Below, in pieces: positions 18,118 through 26,806 of a DNA stretch of 38,915 bases. The position numbers and the translations under genes are program-made. Below the pieces are notes generated by a model. That model saw only the letters and a list, made by a program, of their open reading frames with translations. It searched no databases and was not told the DNA's origin. Position 1 is the first letter of the stretch. The number at the start of each line of letters is the position of its first letter. Origin of the DNA: a virus; the IMG/VR virus record IMGVR_UViG_3300045988_153185; one strand, written 5' to 3'.

Positions 18118-18858
18118 CTATTCTTTTCGCTTTGCGTAAAGTGCTCTACATGTTTTCTTACCTGCATAAGAACCTTTTCTCCATCCGAGCTGTTTCCAAT
18201 ATCTCTCTAATTTACTTTGTGTCTTTGGCCCCCATATTCCATCAACTGCAATGTCTGATCCAGATGTATATTTGTTTAATTCTTTTTGGAGCCATCGGAT
18301 GGCTTCTTTTCCCGATGTTTTCTTTACAGACGTATATCTCTCGGAACTTGTCCCGATAGCCTTCTTAAAAGATTTCCACCGCTTATTATCCGCCCCAACC
18401 CATGGTTCTGGACATTGCTTTCCATTTACATCCCAATGCCTTAAAACATGGTTGGAAGACACATGGTATTTCTTCATCAGGAACTTTACAAGCCCTTCTG
18501 TCTGCTTCTCTACCTTTTCTGGGACAGAGCCAACACTGTTACACATTTCGATGGAAAGACTATTTGTATTAGTGCATACTCCGTAATAATCTCCTGCCCT
18601 TCCAGACAGGTCATATTTTCCTCCTACGGACCATGCAACACGATTCACTGCAACGGATTTATAGATATAGGCTCCTCCATCTACGAAATAATGCGCAGAT
18701 GCATTTCTGTTAGCACCCTGGAAATACTTTGCGTTATTGAGTGCAGTATCCCTCTTATTCCCGGTATAGTGGATCACTATGTATTCAATGCTTGCTGTAC
18801 TCCGTTTACCGCCGTAATTGCTCTTATGTGCAAACTTCTTTTTAAATTTCAATCCCAC
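18118..18858 (-). CDS. Endolysin: N-acetylmuramoyl-L-alanine amidase with a C-terminal peptidoglycan-binding domain
   Basis: Amidase_2/PGRP-like N-terminal part (IVIHYTGN...HYFVD). C-terminal part AIRWLQKELNKY...DGIWGPKT. Confidence 0.85.
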   Translation of the reverse strand: MGLKFKKKFAHKSNYGGKRSTASIEYIVIHYTGNKRDTALNNAKYFQGANRNASAHYFVDGGAYIYKSVAVNRVAWSVGGKYDLSGRAGDYYGVCTNTNSLSIEMCNSVGSVPEKVEKQTEGLVKFLMKKYHVSSNHVLRHWDVNGKQCPEPWVGADNKRWKSFKKAIGTSSERYTSVKKTSGKEAIRWLQKELNKYTSGSDIAVDGIWGPKTQSKLERYWKQLGWRKGSYAGKKTCRALYAKRKE

Positions 18859-18875
18859 GTCTATCTTCTCCTCTT

Positions 18876-19136
18876 CTATTTACTCTCCATCTTCTCTATG
18901 TGATCGATTCTTGTCTCATGGTTTTCAATGATAAGTTTCATTCCATCAATTTCTTTCCCATGAGTCTCAATCCTATTATCCTGAGTCCTCTGTTCTTCTA
19001 CCAGCCGGTCAACTGATGCAATCAGCTGAGTGATGGATTTATTTAGATCAATGATCGGTTTAATAATCGCAGTTAAAAATCCTAAGATTGTAACCGATGC
19101 CAGTACAATAATCCCTATCATTTCTGCTTCATTCAT
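18876..19136 (-). CDS. Lysis-module membrane protein (N-terminal TM plus coiled coil, XhlA-like)
   Basis: 86 aa, one TM (IGIIVLASVTILGFLTAII). Located between holin and endolysin. Confidence 0.55.
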   Translation of the reverse strand: MNEAEMIGIIVLASVTILGFLTAIIKPIIDLNKSITQLIASVDRLVEEQRTQDNRIETHGKEIDGMKLIIENHETRIDHIEKMESK

Positions 19137-19152
19137 ATTTTCCCTTAATTCC

Positions 19153-19425
19153 TCACTTATTTTTTTGTTTGATCAATTCATTAATATTGACGGAAACTCC
19201 AGCACATAAAATCCCCTGAGTTAATGCGGTAAACACTGAAACTCCATTAATACCCGTTGTGGTCAAAACATAAATACAGGCCAAAAGCGCCCCAACAAGA
19301 TCCACAATCATTGGAATATACTTGTTATTGACTGTTTCACTTTTCTTAATGGATTGTCCTAGAAAATATAGGACTGGGATCAGAATCAATAACTCCGGTT
19401 TGATATACTCTAAAATCTGCTCCAT
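19153..19425 (-). CDS. Holin (LL-H / phi LC3-type)
   Basis: 90 aa, 2-3 TM segments, charged C-terminus. First gene of the lysis cassette. Confidence 0.75.
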   Translation of the reverse strand: MEQILEYIKPELLILIPVLYFLGQSIKKSETVNNKYIPMIVDLVGALLACIYVLTTTGINGVSVFTALTQGILCAGVSVNINELIKQKNK

Positions 19426-19475
19426 AACAACTTCCTCCTTGTGTTTATAAATAGTAATTATTTAAATCGTTACAT

Positions 19476-19504
19476 AATAAAAGCACCTGATTAATATCAG
19501 ATGC
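19476..19504 (-). terminator. Rho-independent terminator closing the accessory cassette, upstream of the holin gene
   Basis: Minus strand reads GCATCTGAT ATTA ATCAGGTGC followed by TTTTATT. Confidence 0.5.
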
Positions 19505-19590
19505 TAAATCTATAATCTTCCTCATTCCTCTTGATCAGCACATTTAAACGTGCCACAATATATACATAATCAAGAAAAGAGAAAATGCCC

Positions 19591-19768
19591 ATGAAATTAA
19601 AAGAACTAAGACAAAACAAAAATTTATCTGTTTCACAGCTAGTAGAATTATCTGGTGTTCCACGGCGCACTATCCAGGATATTGAAAAAATAATAATTGC
19701 AAGGTGGATACTGCTATCAAATTAACTGATGCTCTTGGTGTGACTTTGGATGAGCTTTGTAGAGATTA
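19591..19768 (+). pseudogene. Frameshifted small XRE-family HTH gene
   Basis: MKLKELRQNKNLSVSQLVELSGVPRRTIQDIEK reads up to an A6 run at 19685-19690. The +1 frame continues CKVDTAIKLTDALGVTLDELCRD*. One additional A would restore an intact ORF of about 59 aa. Confidence 0.6.
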
Positions 19769-19839
19769 GGTATACCTAGTTACATTTTATCTCACAAAAG
19801 TTTCAGCTATACAAAAACTTTTAGAAGTGCTAAAATTTA

Positions 19840-20424
19840 CTATATGTCTATACTATTATTTTTTCTTTTTGCTATAAAAATATCGTTGGCTACATATATT
19901 CCCTTTAGTTTTTGATTATTTCTTTTAAAATATTTCAGTTCTGAATATTTTAGATCAGTAATAACTACAATTTCTGAATTTATTCGATATGGTAAATAGC
20001 CACATATAGACCATAAGGGGTTTAAATACATAAGATTTAGCCGTATGTATAGATATCCAATCAGAAGAAATAAAATAATATTAACTGCTATTACTTGCAT
20101 GTTTTGATAATCATTCGATAATAATGGAATTATGTATGTCATCATATAACTAATAATTGTATCATCTGGTCTTTCAAAATCATTAACTTTTAACGGTTTA
20201 CTTCCTTTACCACAAAATATTATTATCGTACTTCCCACAGAAATAACCAGAAAAACAAACATACATAAGACAAAAATTAAAGGTCCTCCCTCTAATAACT
20301 TTTTCTTGGTATTAAACGAATTATATTCAAGAATAAGCAACATAATATATAACGGAAAATATGACGAAATAAACATACATATTTTTACTATCCATTTTTT
20401 AGTACAAGCTCTTATATGTTGCAT
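19840..20424 (-). CDS. Multi-pass membrane protein (3-4 TM), candidate KwaA-like partner
   Basis: 194 aa with hydrophobic helices at about 12-32, 47-70, 89-102 and 111-127. GAGGGTGA RBS. 11 nt downstream of the 298-aa gene. Very AT-rich. Confidence 0.6.
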   Translation of the reverse strand: MQHIRACTKKWIVKICMFISSYFPLYIMLLILEYNSFNTKKKLLEGGPLIFVLCMFVFLVISVGSTIIIFCGKGSKPLKVNDFERPDDTIISYMMTYIIPLLSNDYQNMQVIAVNIILFLLIGYLYIRLNLMYLNPLWSICGYLPYRINSEIVVITDLKYSELKYFKRNNQKLKGIYVANDIFIAKRKNNSIDI

Positions 20425-20435
20425 AGCATCACCCT

Positions 20436-21332
20436 CTATATCTTATCATCAATTCCTGGTTCTTCTTGTATTAAACTTTTATAGTAAGAATCTCTAGCTA
20501 TCCTAAGTATATCCATGATTTGGCCTTTGTCTTCGTATATAATCATTCCATTTTGAATTTCTATGTCCAGTTCAAATAACCCTATTGTATCAATAATATT
20601 ATCCATATGTTCAAAACTATTTTCAATCTTTGTTCCTTCATTTAACATTTTAGTTAATGTCTTCTGATATCTTACATTGCCCAGACAGTCTTCTTCAAAG
20701 GCATCCATATTTTCAATTTTCCCTGTTTTTCGAATATTCTCTAAGGACTCCCTTGCCTTTTCAAAAAAATGTACATCCATCCTAAAAATCCGTTCCAATG
20801 CAATATGATTTAGAATGGCTATTTCTGAATTATTATAAATAATTAAATCTATATCGCCGTCAAGCCCTATCATTTTTCCATCAATTTTATTTAATTGGTT
20901 CCCCCTAAAAGCCGCAATGATTCCCTTTGAATATAACTTCTTAAATTTTGTCATTCTTCTAAACAATTTTATATTATTTCCATGGTCATCTTCTAGCTCA
21001 AAACAATAACATGTTAATTTATCTGCTTTTTCTTCTATATTTTCAATATCTCCATAATCTAAACAATTTAATAAGTCAGTATAATCTTTCGCATAATCTA
21101 TACTACAAACTTCTAATGTACCATCACGAAATCCTATTGGACTATATGCTACTTGCTCGAGTTGCTCAAATGGTTCTAAATAATTAATTGCATCATTGAT
21201 AAGACTCTTCCAAAAATCTTCTTTAATTTCTGGTGAACAAGAAGAATACCCTTCTCTATTTTTTTGAATAAAAAATAGAGACTTTTTTAAATTTTCTTTA
21301 ACCATAACTTTCTTAATCAGTTCCAAATTCAT
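20436..21332 (-). CDS. DUF4868 / KwaB-like protein (candidate Kiwa defence component)
   Basis: 298 aa from MNLELIKK (GGAGGA RBS). The C-terminal half GLDGDIDLIIYNNSEIAILNHIALERIF...ILRIARDSYYKSLIQ resembles the recalled KwaB/DUF4868 pattern. Confidence 0.5.
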   Translation of the reverse strand: MNLELIKKVMVKENLKKSLFFIQKNREGYSSCSPEIKEDFWKSLINDAINYLEPFEQLEQVAYSPIGFRDGTLEVCSIDYAKDYTDLLNCLDYGDIENIEEKADKLTCYCFELEDDHGNNIKLFRRMTKFKKLYSKGIIAAFRGNQLNKIDGKMIGLDGDIDLIIYNNSEIAILNHIALERIFRMDVHFFEKARESLENIRKTGKIENMDAFEEDCLGNVRYQKTLTKMLNEGTKIENSFEHMDNIIDTIGLFELDIEIQNGMIIYEDKGQIMDILRIARDSYYKSLIQEEPGIDDKI

Positions 21333-21492
21333 TAATTTATCCTCCATCCATTTTTCTAATATTATATCATTTGACGGTAATCATTTCCATAAAACACGAC
21401 AAATATCTTCATGAATAGAGGTATTTATATCAAACATAAGTTTTGATTTCGTTATACATCTTTATCTTCTTTTAAGCAATATATATTTAGTC

Positions 21493-21521
21493 AAAAAGAA
21501 CACCCAGGTATCAAGGTGTTC
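21493..21521 (-). terminator. Rho-independent terminator after the late-activator gene
   Basis: Minus strand reads GAACACC TTGATACCTG GGTGTTC followed by TTTTT. Confidence 0.6.
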
Positions 21522-21652
21522 AAAAAATGTGGAGGATTTATGCAACCATGTCACATAAACCATGTAGATGAGAGTAAGTTTATTACCTATTCACTCTATT
21601 ATAACTATATCATTATAGTCGTGTACTATTCTATACTATTTTGTACTATTTA

Positions 21653-22072
21653 TTATATAGGGAAATTTTTTAATGCCTCACTGTGCAATTCATGTGTCCT
21701 ATTCCAGCTGTAACCGATCGTCGTACAAATCTCAACCCACTCTTTAAATTCAATGTATCTCAGCCACAGTATTCTGCTTTGCACTCCATCCTCCATGTCA
21801 ATAATTTTTTCTTCTATTTCTGCCCTAATGCTATACTTTTCCTTTTTGGCCACCTTGATTTTATCCAAAATCTTTTCAAGCCGTATCATATAATCAGACA
21901 AGTCTTGTTTTTTTACATCCCTGGGCATATCAGTAATACCAGGATTACTTACACTTTCTATCTCTAGCCTTATTGAATTTTCTTGTTCGCATAATGACAA
22001 CCACTTCAAATAGGCCTTTTTGTATCTATTTAGATATTCTTTTTTAGAATCATTCAATTCTTTTTCCGACAA
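21653..22072 (-). CDS. Late-gene transcriptional activator (sigma-70 region-4-like HTH; RinA/ArpU/DUF1492-type)
   Basis: C-terminus SRILWLRYIEFKEWVEICTTIGYSWNRTHELHSEALKNF. TTG start with a GGAGGA RBS. Last early gene. Confidence 0.6.
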   Translation of the reverse strand: MSEKELNDSKKEYLNRYKKAYLKWLSLCEQENSIRLEIESVSNPGITDMPRDVKKQDLSDYMIRLEKILDKIKVAKKEKYSIRAEIEEKIIDMEDGVQSRILWLRYIEFKEWVEICTTIGYSWNRTHELHSEALKNFPI

Positions 22073-22170
22073 CGAGTCTCCTCCTTCCTGCCCGCCAGAG
22101 CGGGCTGTAAAACAGGATGCCTAAATGTTTTCTTGTTACATGTGATATATAAACTCTTTTGAGTAAATAC

Positions 22171-22479
22171 CTACTTCTTTTCAATTTTTACTCCCGTTTC
22201 CTGATAAATCGTTTGGATCAAATCATCCAGAGTGATATAGTCCTTCTCATAGCTGTCATAAAGCTCAAATACTTCATCCGTGAACTTCTCCATTCTCTTT
22301 CGTCCGAATCCAAAGTGATCTCTCAGAACCATTGCAGGAATACCCAGCATTAGGATAAATGCACGTTCTGTTGCCTCCTGTGCTACATCCTCCTTTAGAG
22401 TCTGGATCTGCTGTGTATTCATGCTGTAAGTCGGAACCCGGTTCTTTAATCCGGCTTTTCTTCTCTCTGCTCGGTTCAT
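22171..22479 (-). CDS. Hypothetical early protein
   Basis: 102-aa ORF, 4-nt overlap with the upstream gene. Confidence 0.6.
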   Translation of the reverse strand: MNRAERRKAGLKNRVPTYSMNTQQIQTLKEDVAQEATERAFILMLGIPAMVLRDHFGFGRKRMEKFTDEVFELYDSYEKDYITLDDLIQTIYQETGVKIEKK

Positions 22480-22784
22480 TTAATCCTCCAGTCTATATAC
22501 GCACTGCTGGAAGTTGGGCGAACCACTTTTAGTTCCCTCCCATTCACGAACCGACGCTTTCGATTTCGTGCCGCTGTGGCTCGGTCCTCTCGTTTTTTCT
22601 CCAGCTCTTTTTGCAGTTCCCACTCTTCTTTCTCCCAGTAGCTAGAAACCCATCCCTTGATGGTAGATGCCGGGATTCCATACTCTTTGCTGACTTGTTG
22701 CACATCAGCCCTTCCCTGCAAATACGTTGCAACTACCTTTTCCTTTACTTTCTCAGAATATCGACTATTCCACATCGTCCTCAT
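22476..22784 (-). CDS. Small HTH DNA-binding protein
   Basis: VATYLQGRADVQQVSKEYGIPASTIKGWV is an HTH of the transposase/terminase-like type. Confidence 0.55.
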   Translation of the reverse strand: MRTMWNSRYSEKVKEKVVATYLQGRADVQQVSKEYGIPASTIKGWVSSYWEKEEWELQKELEKKREDRATAARNRKRRFVNGRELKVVRPTSSSAYIDWRIK

Positions 22785-23103
22785 CCTCCGCTATTTGGTA
22801 CACTGCCGCCTTTCTCCCCGTCAGACTGTCTTTCTTTTTACCACAGACTTCTACAACCCCTCGTTGCATCATTTCTGTTAGGCGTGGTGCCGTTTCATTG
22901 CGGTCTGCCGTAAGGGTCATCCCATGTTTATGTAACATTACAGCTAATTCCCTGGCCGTTGCAGGGCCATAGGAAAGTTGCTCTAAGATCATTCGGTTCT
23001 TTTTGTCCCGCCGGACTTCCTTGTTGGATTCTCGACGGGTCTGCTTCGTAATCCGACTGCCCCGATATGCCGTCTCACAGCCAAACATGCTCATCTGTTG
23101 CAT
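22765..23103 (-). CDS. Winged-helix DNA-binding protein
   Basis: ILEQLSYGPATARELAVMLHKHGMTL...RLTEMMQRGVV has an MarR-like wHTH pattern. Confidence 0.5.
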   Translation of the reverse strand: MQQMSMFGCETAYRGSRITKQTRRESNKEVRRDKKNRMILEQLSYGPATARELAVMLHKHGMTLTADRNETAPRLTEMMQRGVVEVCGKKKDSLTGRKAAVYQIAEDEDDVE

Positions 23104-23825
23104 TTATATCCTCCCATCTGCTGTTCAAACAGCCTCTTTTCCAGCTCATCAAAATCATAGTTCCGCTCATCAAAGTTGTGGAATTGATTCTGTTTCGCCG
23201 GCTTCGTTTCTTGCTTACTACTCCGTTCCCAGTTCCGTACTGCGGCCTTCCAATCCTTCATTTTGTTTTTTCCGACCATCCATCCTTTGGATTCATAAAA
23301 GTCATAAAAACGTTCTGCATCAACGGTGTTGTTCCGCTCTTTGCAGTAGGTGGAGACTTGCTCGTATGTAGGTGGCGTGAAACGCTTTATATTATTATTC
23401 TTTTCTTTCTTTCCTTCTTTACTTTCTTTAGTTGTTGTTATTTGAATGTTATCTGTTTGTTGCTCGATTGTTATCGGCTTGTTATTCTGTTTGTTGTTTT
23501 GCTTGTTATCTCCCTGGTACAAATCGTAGTTATTTACGATAAATACAGTGTTTTTGTTACTACTTTTGCTTGTTATCTCGCCTGTTGATTTGAGTTTTTT
23601 AATAGCAGTTCTGACCTGCATGACGGATAACCCTGTTTCGGTTGCCAGTTTTTCATATGAGGATATAATCGACCCACGTTTAACCACCTGACCTTTCCAT
23701 CTCCTGTCTGTCCAATTTACAGTAATTAGAAGATGAAGAAACACCCGGCTCACGTTTATGTCGTCATACCACTCCCATTCAGTGAACTTTCGATATACTT
23801 TAACGAATGTCTCAATCGTTATCAC
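23091..23825 (-). CDS. Replisome organiser / replication initiator
   Basis: The N-terminal domain FTEWEWYDDINVSRVFLHLLITVNW...GSIISSYEKLATETGLSVMQVRTAIKKL is typical of phage replisome organisers. The gene carries internal iterons. Confidence 0.7.
   Translation of the reverse strand: MITIETFVKVYRKFTEWEWYDDINVSRVFLHLLITVNWTDRRWKGQVVKRGSIISSYEKLATETGLSVMQVRTAIKKLKSTGEITSKSSNKNTVFIVNNYDLYQGDNKQNNKQNNKPITIEQQTDNIQITTTKESKEGKKEKNNNIKRFTPPTYEQVSTYCKERNNTVDAERFYDFYESKGWMVGKNKMKDWKAAVRNWERSSKQETKPAKQNQFHNFDERNYDFDELEKRLFEQQMGGYKCNR
23435..23510. repeat. Candidate replication origin: five phased TTGTTAT(C/T) iterons inside the organiser gene
   Basis: Copies start at 23435, 23447, 23468, 23479 and 23503, with spacings of about 11, 22, 11 and 24 nt. 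Confidence 0.5.
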
Positions 23826-24201
23826 CCCTCATTTCCTGAATTAATACCTCAATTCTTGGATTTGCATTGTCTACATAAAATAGATCTTCAAATCCAGTTA
23901 CATATTTCTGGCTGTCATCAACCAAGACTCCATACTCCACAAGGGCATCCAGAATGAACTTTTTTGCGAAAGCAATATTATCGCAGTCCCTTCTCCGATT
24001 CTTCTCATACCAGCAAAAACTAATATAAACCGGATTCTTAATATGTACTCCTCGGAGTTGATGGGCGATGTATGTCTTACATATATGCTCGTTATCTGCT
24101 TTCATTTTGGCCCCTTTAAACTGATTTGTACGGTTTGAGGCCGTATACTCGTTTAAGCCTGATAAACGTCCGTAAATCGTTAAATGATAAGTTATAGCCA
24201 C
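23812..24201 (-). CDS. rusA: RusA-family Holliday junction resolvase
   Basis: RRDCDNIAFAKKFILDALVEYGVLVDDSQKYV is the RusA signature. Confidence 0.8.
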   Translation of the reverse strand: MAITYHLTIYGRLSGLNEYTASNRTNQFKGAKMKADNEHICKTYIAHQLRGVHIKNPVYISFCWYEKNRRRDCDNIAFAKKFILDALVEYGVLVDDSQKYVTGFEDLFYVDNANPRIEVLIQEMRGDND

Positions 24202-24473
24202 GACTTTCCAAACTCCTTTCTAAAGTCATCTCTGGTGCCAAGATTCTCTTCAAAATATCTTTGAGCCATCATCTTAACTGCATTATCAAAGCAAGTATCA
24301 AAATGAATGCCGTAAGTTGACATATTGTGATGCCGGCCGCATAGCCAAACTTTGAATCCATACTTCTCAGATTTCTTTCTATTGGCTGTTCCAAAGAATA
24401 CATGATGACAATGCAAGTCCAATTCAGTTCCACACATCAAACAGGCTTTCTCAGCTTGCAGAACACTTTTCAA
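24192..24473 (-). CDS. Cys/His-rich (zinc-binding, HNH-like) small protein
   Basis: CLMCG...HCHHVFFG...LCGRHHN. Confidence 0.5.
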   Translation of the reverse strand: MKSVLQAEKACLMCGTELDLHCHHVFFGTANRKKSEKYGFKVWLCGRHHNMSTYGIHFDTCFDNAVKMMAQRYFEENLGTRDDFRKEFGKSWL

Positions 24474-25017
24474 ATTTCATTCCCCACTTTTCTTCCATCC
24501 TATGTATTTCCTCTGGTGTTGCTGTCTCAATTCCTAATTCCTTTGCTTCTTCTACTGTATTTTCAATCAGATGGGACATCTGAGCTGTATCATATGTATG
24601 GGAGCCTGCAATAACAAGATAAGAACGAAATACAATACCATTACTATTAACTGTCGTCTTAGATGTTGGTGCTAAATGAATATGCTCTAATTCTTCTACC
24701 TTAATATCATCTCTCATCGTCATCTCCCATAGATGGCCATTAATGACTGCATATTGTCCGTATCTCCGCAGTAAGAAATTTTTCATGTACGCTATGCTAG
24801 TCCCCAGGGCCTCTGCCATTTTCCCAACTAAGACATGAAAATATGCATTTGCGTCTCTGCTCCGCTTTTTCATATGCTTCGCCATTTTTATATCTAGCTC
24901 TTTGTCCTTGAGTGCCTCATATTCATTTATGACATCTCTTCTAGTTGATACAGTTATAAGAAACTCTCCAGTTGTAATATCCCTTGAAATACTTCTTAAT
25001 TGTCCTGAAAATTCCAT
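24451..25017 (-). CDS. Hypothetical early (DNA-metabolism module) protein
   Basis: 188-aa ORF in the operon. No confident family assignment. Confidence 0.55.
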   Translation of the reverse strand: MEFSGQLRSISRDITTGEFLITVSTRRDVINEYEALKDKELDIKMAKHMKKRSRDANAYFHVLVGKMAEALGTSIAYMKNFLLRRYGQYAVINGHLWEMTMRDDIKVEELEHIHLAPTSKTTVNSNGIVFRSYLVIAGSHTYDTAQMSHLIENTVEEAKELGIETATPEEIHRMEEKWGMKFEKCSAS

Positions 25018-25020
25018 AGG

Positions 25021-25572
25021 CTATTCCTTCTTCTTATTAATGATTTTGATTAACTCCTTATACTGCTTCTCTGTCATATCCTCTATTTTGCCAATCTTGA
25101 ATTTGTCCAAAACTTCTTGTTTGAATCCAGTATGCCGATCAAATACATTCTCTAGCGATTTAATCTTTATTGCATCGATCTTTTGTTCCGCCAGGCGATT
25201 CAGCTCTGCATTGGCAGTCTCTTCAAAACTGCGTACAGCAGTATCAATTCCAAACCCTGACATACCCAAGGCCCTTCCTACGGCGGAAGTCTCACAGTTC
25301 TCAATATAAGACAGCTTATTGATAAAGCTCGATCCTTCCTTCTCATAAGCATGCCCCGTACCTAGTACCATTCCATTTTCATCAAGAATGGTTGCCTTAA
25401 TCAGACAAAACCCATTTTCAAGCTTTAAGATCTCTGTCTTTATCTTTCCGTTTGGACACACAGATCGAAACGCCTTGATCCTTTGGCTTACCTCCGCATA
25501 GTCCTTTCCTTTAATATCTGTCGTTTGAATTAACTCATTTGCCTTCTGTAAATCTTCATACGTCATAGTCAC
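25021..25572 (-). CDS. Possible single-strand annealing / recombination protein (Rad52/Sak-like), uncertain
   Basis: 183 aa, ...SYIENCETSAVGRALGMSGFG... Located in the recombination module. Confidence 0.4.
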   Translation of the reverse strand: MTMTYEDLQKANELIQTTDIKGKDYAEVSQRIKAFRSVCPNGKIKTEILKLENGFCLIKATILDENGMVLGTGHAYEKEGSSFINKLSYIENCETSAVGRALGMSGFGIDTAVRSFEETANAELNRLAEQKIDAIKIKSLENVFDRHTGFKQEVLDKFKIGKIEDMTEKQYKELIKIINKKKE

Positions 25573-25805
25573 ATCCTCCTGAGATATTTGGTTTCGCTGT
25601 TTATGTACTCCTGCGTCATGTCATCAATAGTTTCCATTTCTTCGTCTTCATCATAGTAGTGCCATCCCATTTCCCAGCGATAGAACCAGTCAGTAAACGC
25701 GTCCTGCATCAGGATATCACTGTTTTCCACGGCTTCTAAAGCAAAGGTAAATGCATCGTCTTCCGGCACTCTTTTTCCGTTCTTTTCATAAAAACCCATT
25801 TTCAA
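25569..25805 (-). CDS. Hypothetical acidic early protein
   Basis: 78-aa ORF, 4-nt overlap with the downstream gene. Confidence 0.55.
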   Translation of the reverse strand: MKMGFYEKNGKRVPEDDAFTFALEAVENSDILMQDAFTDWFYRWEMGWHYYDEDEEMETIDDMTQEYINSETKYLRRM

Positions 25806-25883
25806 AAACCTCCGGTTGTGCTATAATGCACCTGTAAGTTTTTCTTTGCCCTTTATCGGAGTTGCCGCTCCATAAGGGCTTTT

Positions 25884-26006
25884 TTATTTGTCTATCCATG
25901 CCATACCTCCTATTGCCATAAATAATGCCAGCCACAATGGTATTGTATGTATGCTTGTCAAACATATCGATACTACGATCAGTATCTGTCCCATTTTTCT
26001 TTCCAT
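25884..26006 (-). CDS. Small membrane protein (40 aa), absent from the ORF track
   Basis: ATAGGAGGA RBS, ATG at 26006. MERKMGQILIVVSICLTSIHTIPLWLALFMAIGGMAWIDK. Confidence 0.4.
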   Translation of the reverse strand: MERKMGQILIVVSICLTSIHTIPLWLALFMAIGGMAWIDK

Positions 26007-26013
26007 AATCCTC

Positions 26014-26286
26014 CTATCCGAAAATCGCTTCCTTCATACTGGAAGTTTTCTTTTCTTTTTGTTCTTTATCGAACTGACTCATTGGAATCCTAATACATTC
26101 GCCTAAACGTATGACCTTAATCTCACCCCTGGTAATTAGGTTTCTAACATGATTAATCGTAATCCCCATAAACTCTGCAAACTGCTGTGGAGACTTGTAT
26201 TCTTCTGTCTTCTTTAGCTTTTTTATCTCCCGTACTTCTTTTTCTAGTTGTTCCACTCTTTCTTCTAGATAGGGCATATTTATCAC
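26014..26286 (-). CDS. Excisionase-family (MerR-like) HTH protein
   Basis: SPQQFAEFMGITINHVRNLITRGEIKVIRLGECIRIPMSQF. Confidence 0.6.
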   Translation of the reverse strand: MINMPYLEERVEQLEKEVREIKKLKKTEEYKSPQQFAEFMGITINHVRNLITRGEIKVIRLGECIRIPMSQFDKEQKEKKTSSMKEAIFG

Positions 26287-26360
26287 CTCACTTTCTTTTC
26301 AAAGTTATCACCCCATTTACAACAACATATTGTGCATGAACATTAGTTCCATACAATATA

Positions 26361-26389
26361 TTGACTTTCTACTATCTATATAGTAAGAT
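26361..26389 (+). promoter_or_regulatory. Sigma-70-type promoter for the zinc-ribbon gene
   Basis: TTGACT, 17-nt spacer, TAAGAT. Confidence 0.45.
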
Positions 26390-26436
26390 TTTATTAGAAC
26401 ATCAGTTTTAATTCTCAATAGAAAGGTGGTGATAAC

Positions 26437-26658
26437 ATGTCAAAAAAGTATAATCTTGGTAGCAATTCTGATATGCGACGCTTTATGAAAGATCTTGAAA
26501 AACAGATCTACTCTAATGCGGAACAGCAGATCTACTCTCAAACATACGCAGTAGACTGTCCACATTGTCACAATAAAGTGTCTGTTAAACCAGGTTCTAG
26601 TCTCTGTCCCTTCTGTCACAATCAAATAAAACTGAACTTAAACATTAAATATGAATAG
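26437..26658 (+). CDS. Small zinc-ribbon protein
   Basis: CPHC...17 aa...CPFC. AAAGGTGGTGA RBS. A lone plus-strand gene within the early region. Confidence 0.6.
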   Translation: MSKKYNLGSNSDMRRFMKDLEKQIYSNAEQQIYSQTYAVDCPHCHNKVSVKPGSSLCPFCHNQIKLNLNIKYE

Positions 26659-26806
26659 TAATTTCTAAGGGTTTGGAGGTCAATTCATCTATTAAAGAAT
26701 TGGCCTCTTTCAGTAACTCACAAAGTCTATTCGCCTTTGCAACTGCACAATCTATTTCTGATTTGTCAACCTTAATGGTTTTCGATAATACAATTCTGCT
26801 TTCCAT
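26645..26806 (-). CDS. Small ORF (53 aa), translationally coupled to the upstream XRE gene, absent from the ORF track
   Basis: AAGGAG RBS. The ATG at 26806 directly follows the TAA of 26807-27049. MESRIVLSKTIKVDKSEIDCAVAKANRLCELLKEANSLIDEL... Confidence 0.4.
   Translation of the reverse strand: MESRIVLSKTIKVDKSEIDCAVAKANRLCELLKEANSLIDELTSKPLEITIHI

Noticed and set aside
25861-25890. Hairpin GCCCTTTATCGGAG TTGCCG CTCCATAAGGGC followed by a T-run on the plus strand, as a functional terminator
   Set aside because: It is oriented against the only genes nearby, which are all on the minus strand. It may block antisense transcription, but there is no supporting evidence. Its CGGCAA loop, shared with the 30087 hairpin, may be coincidence.
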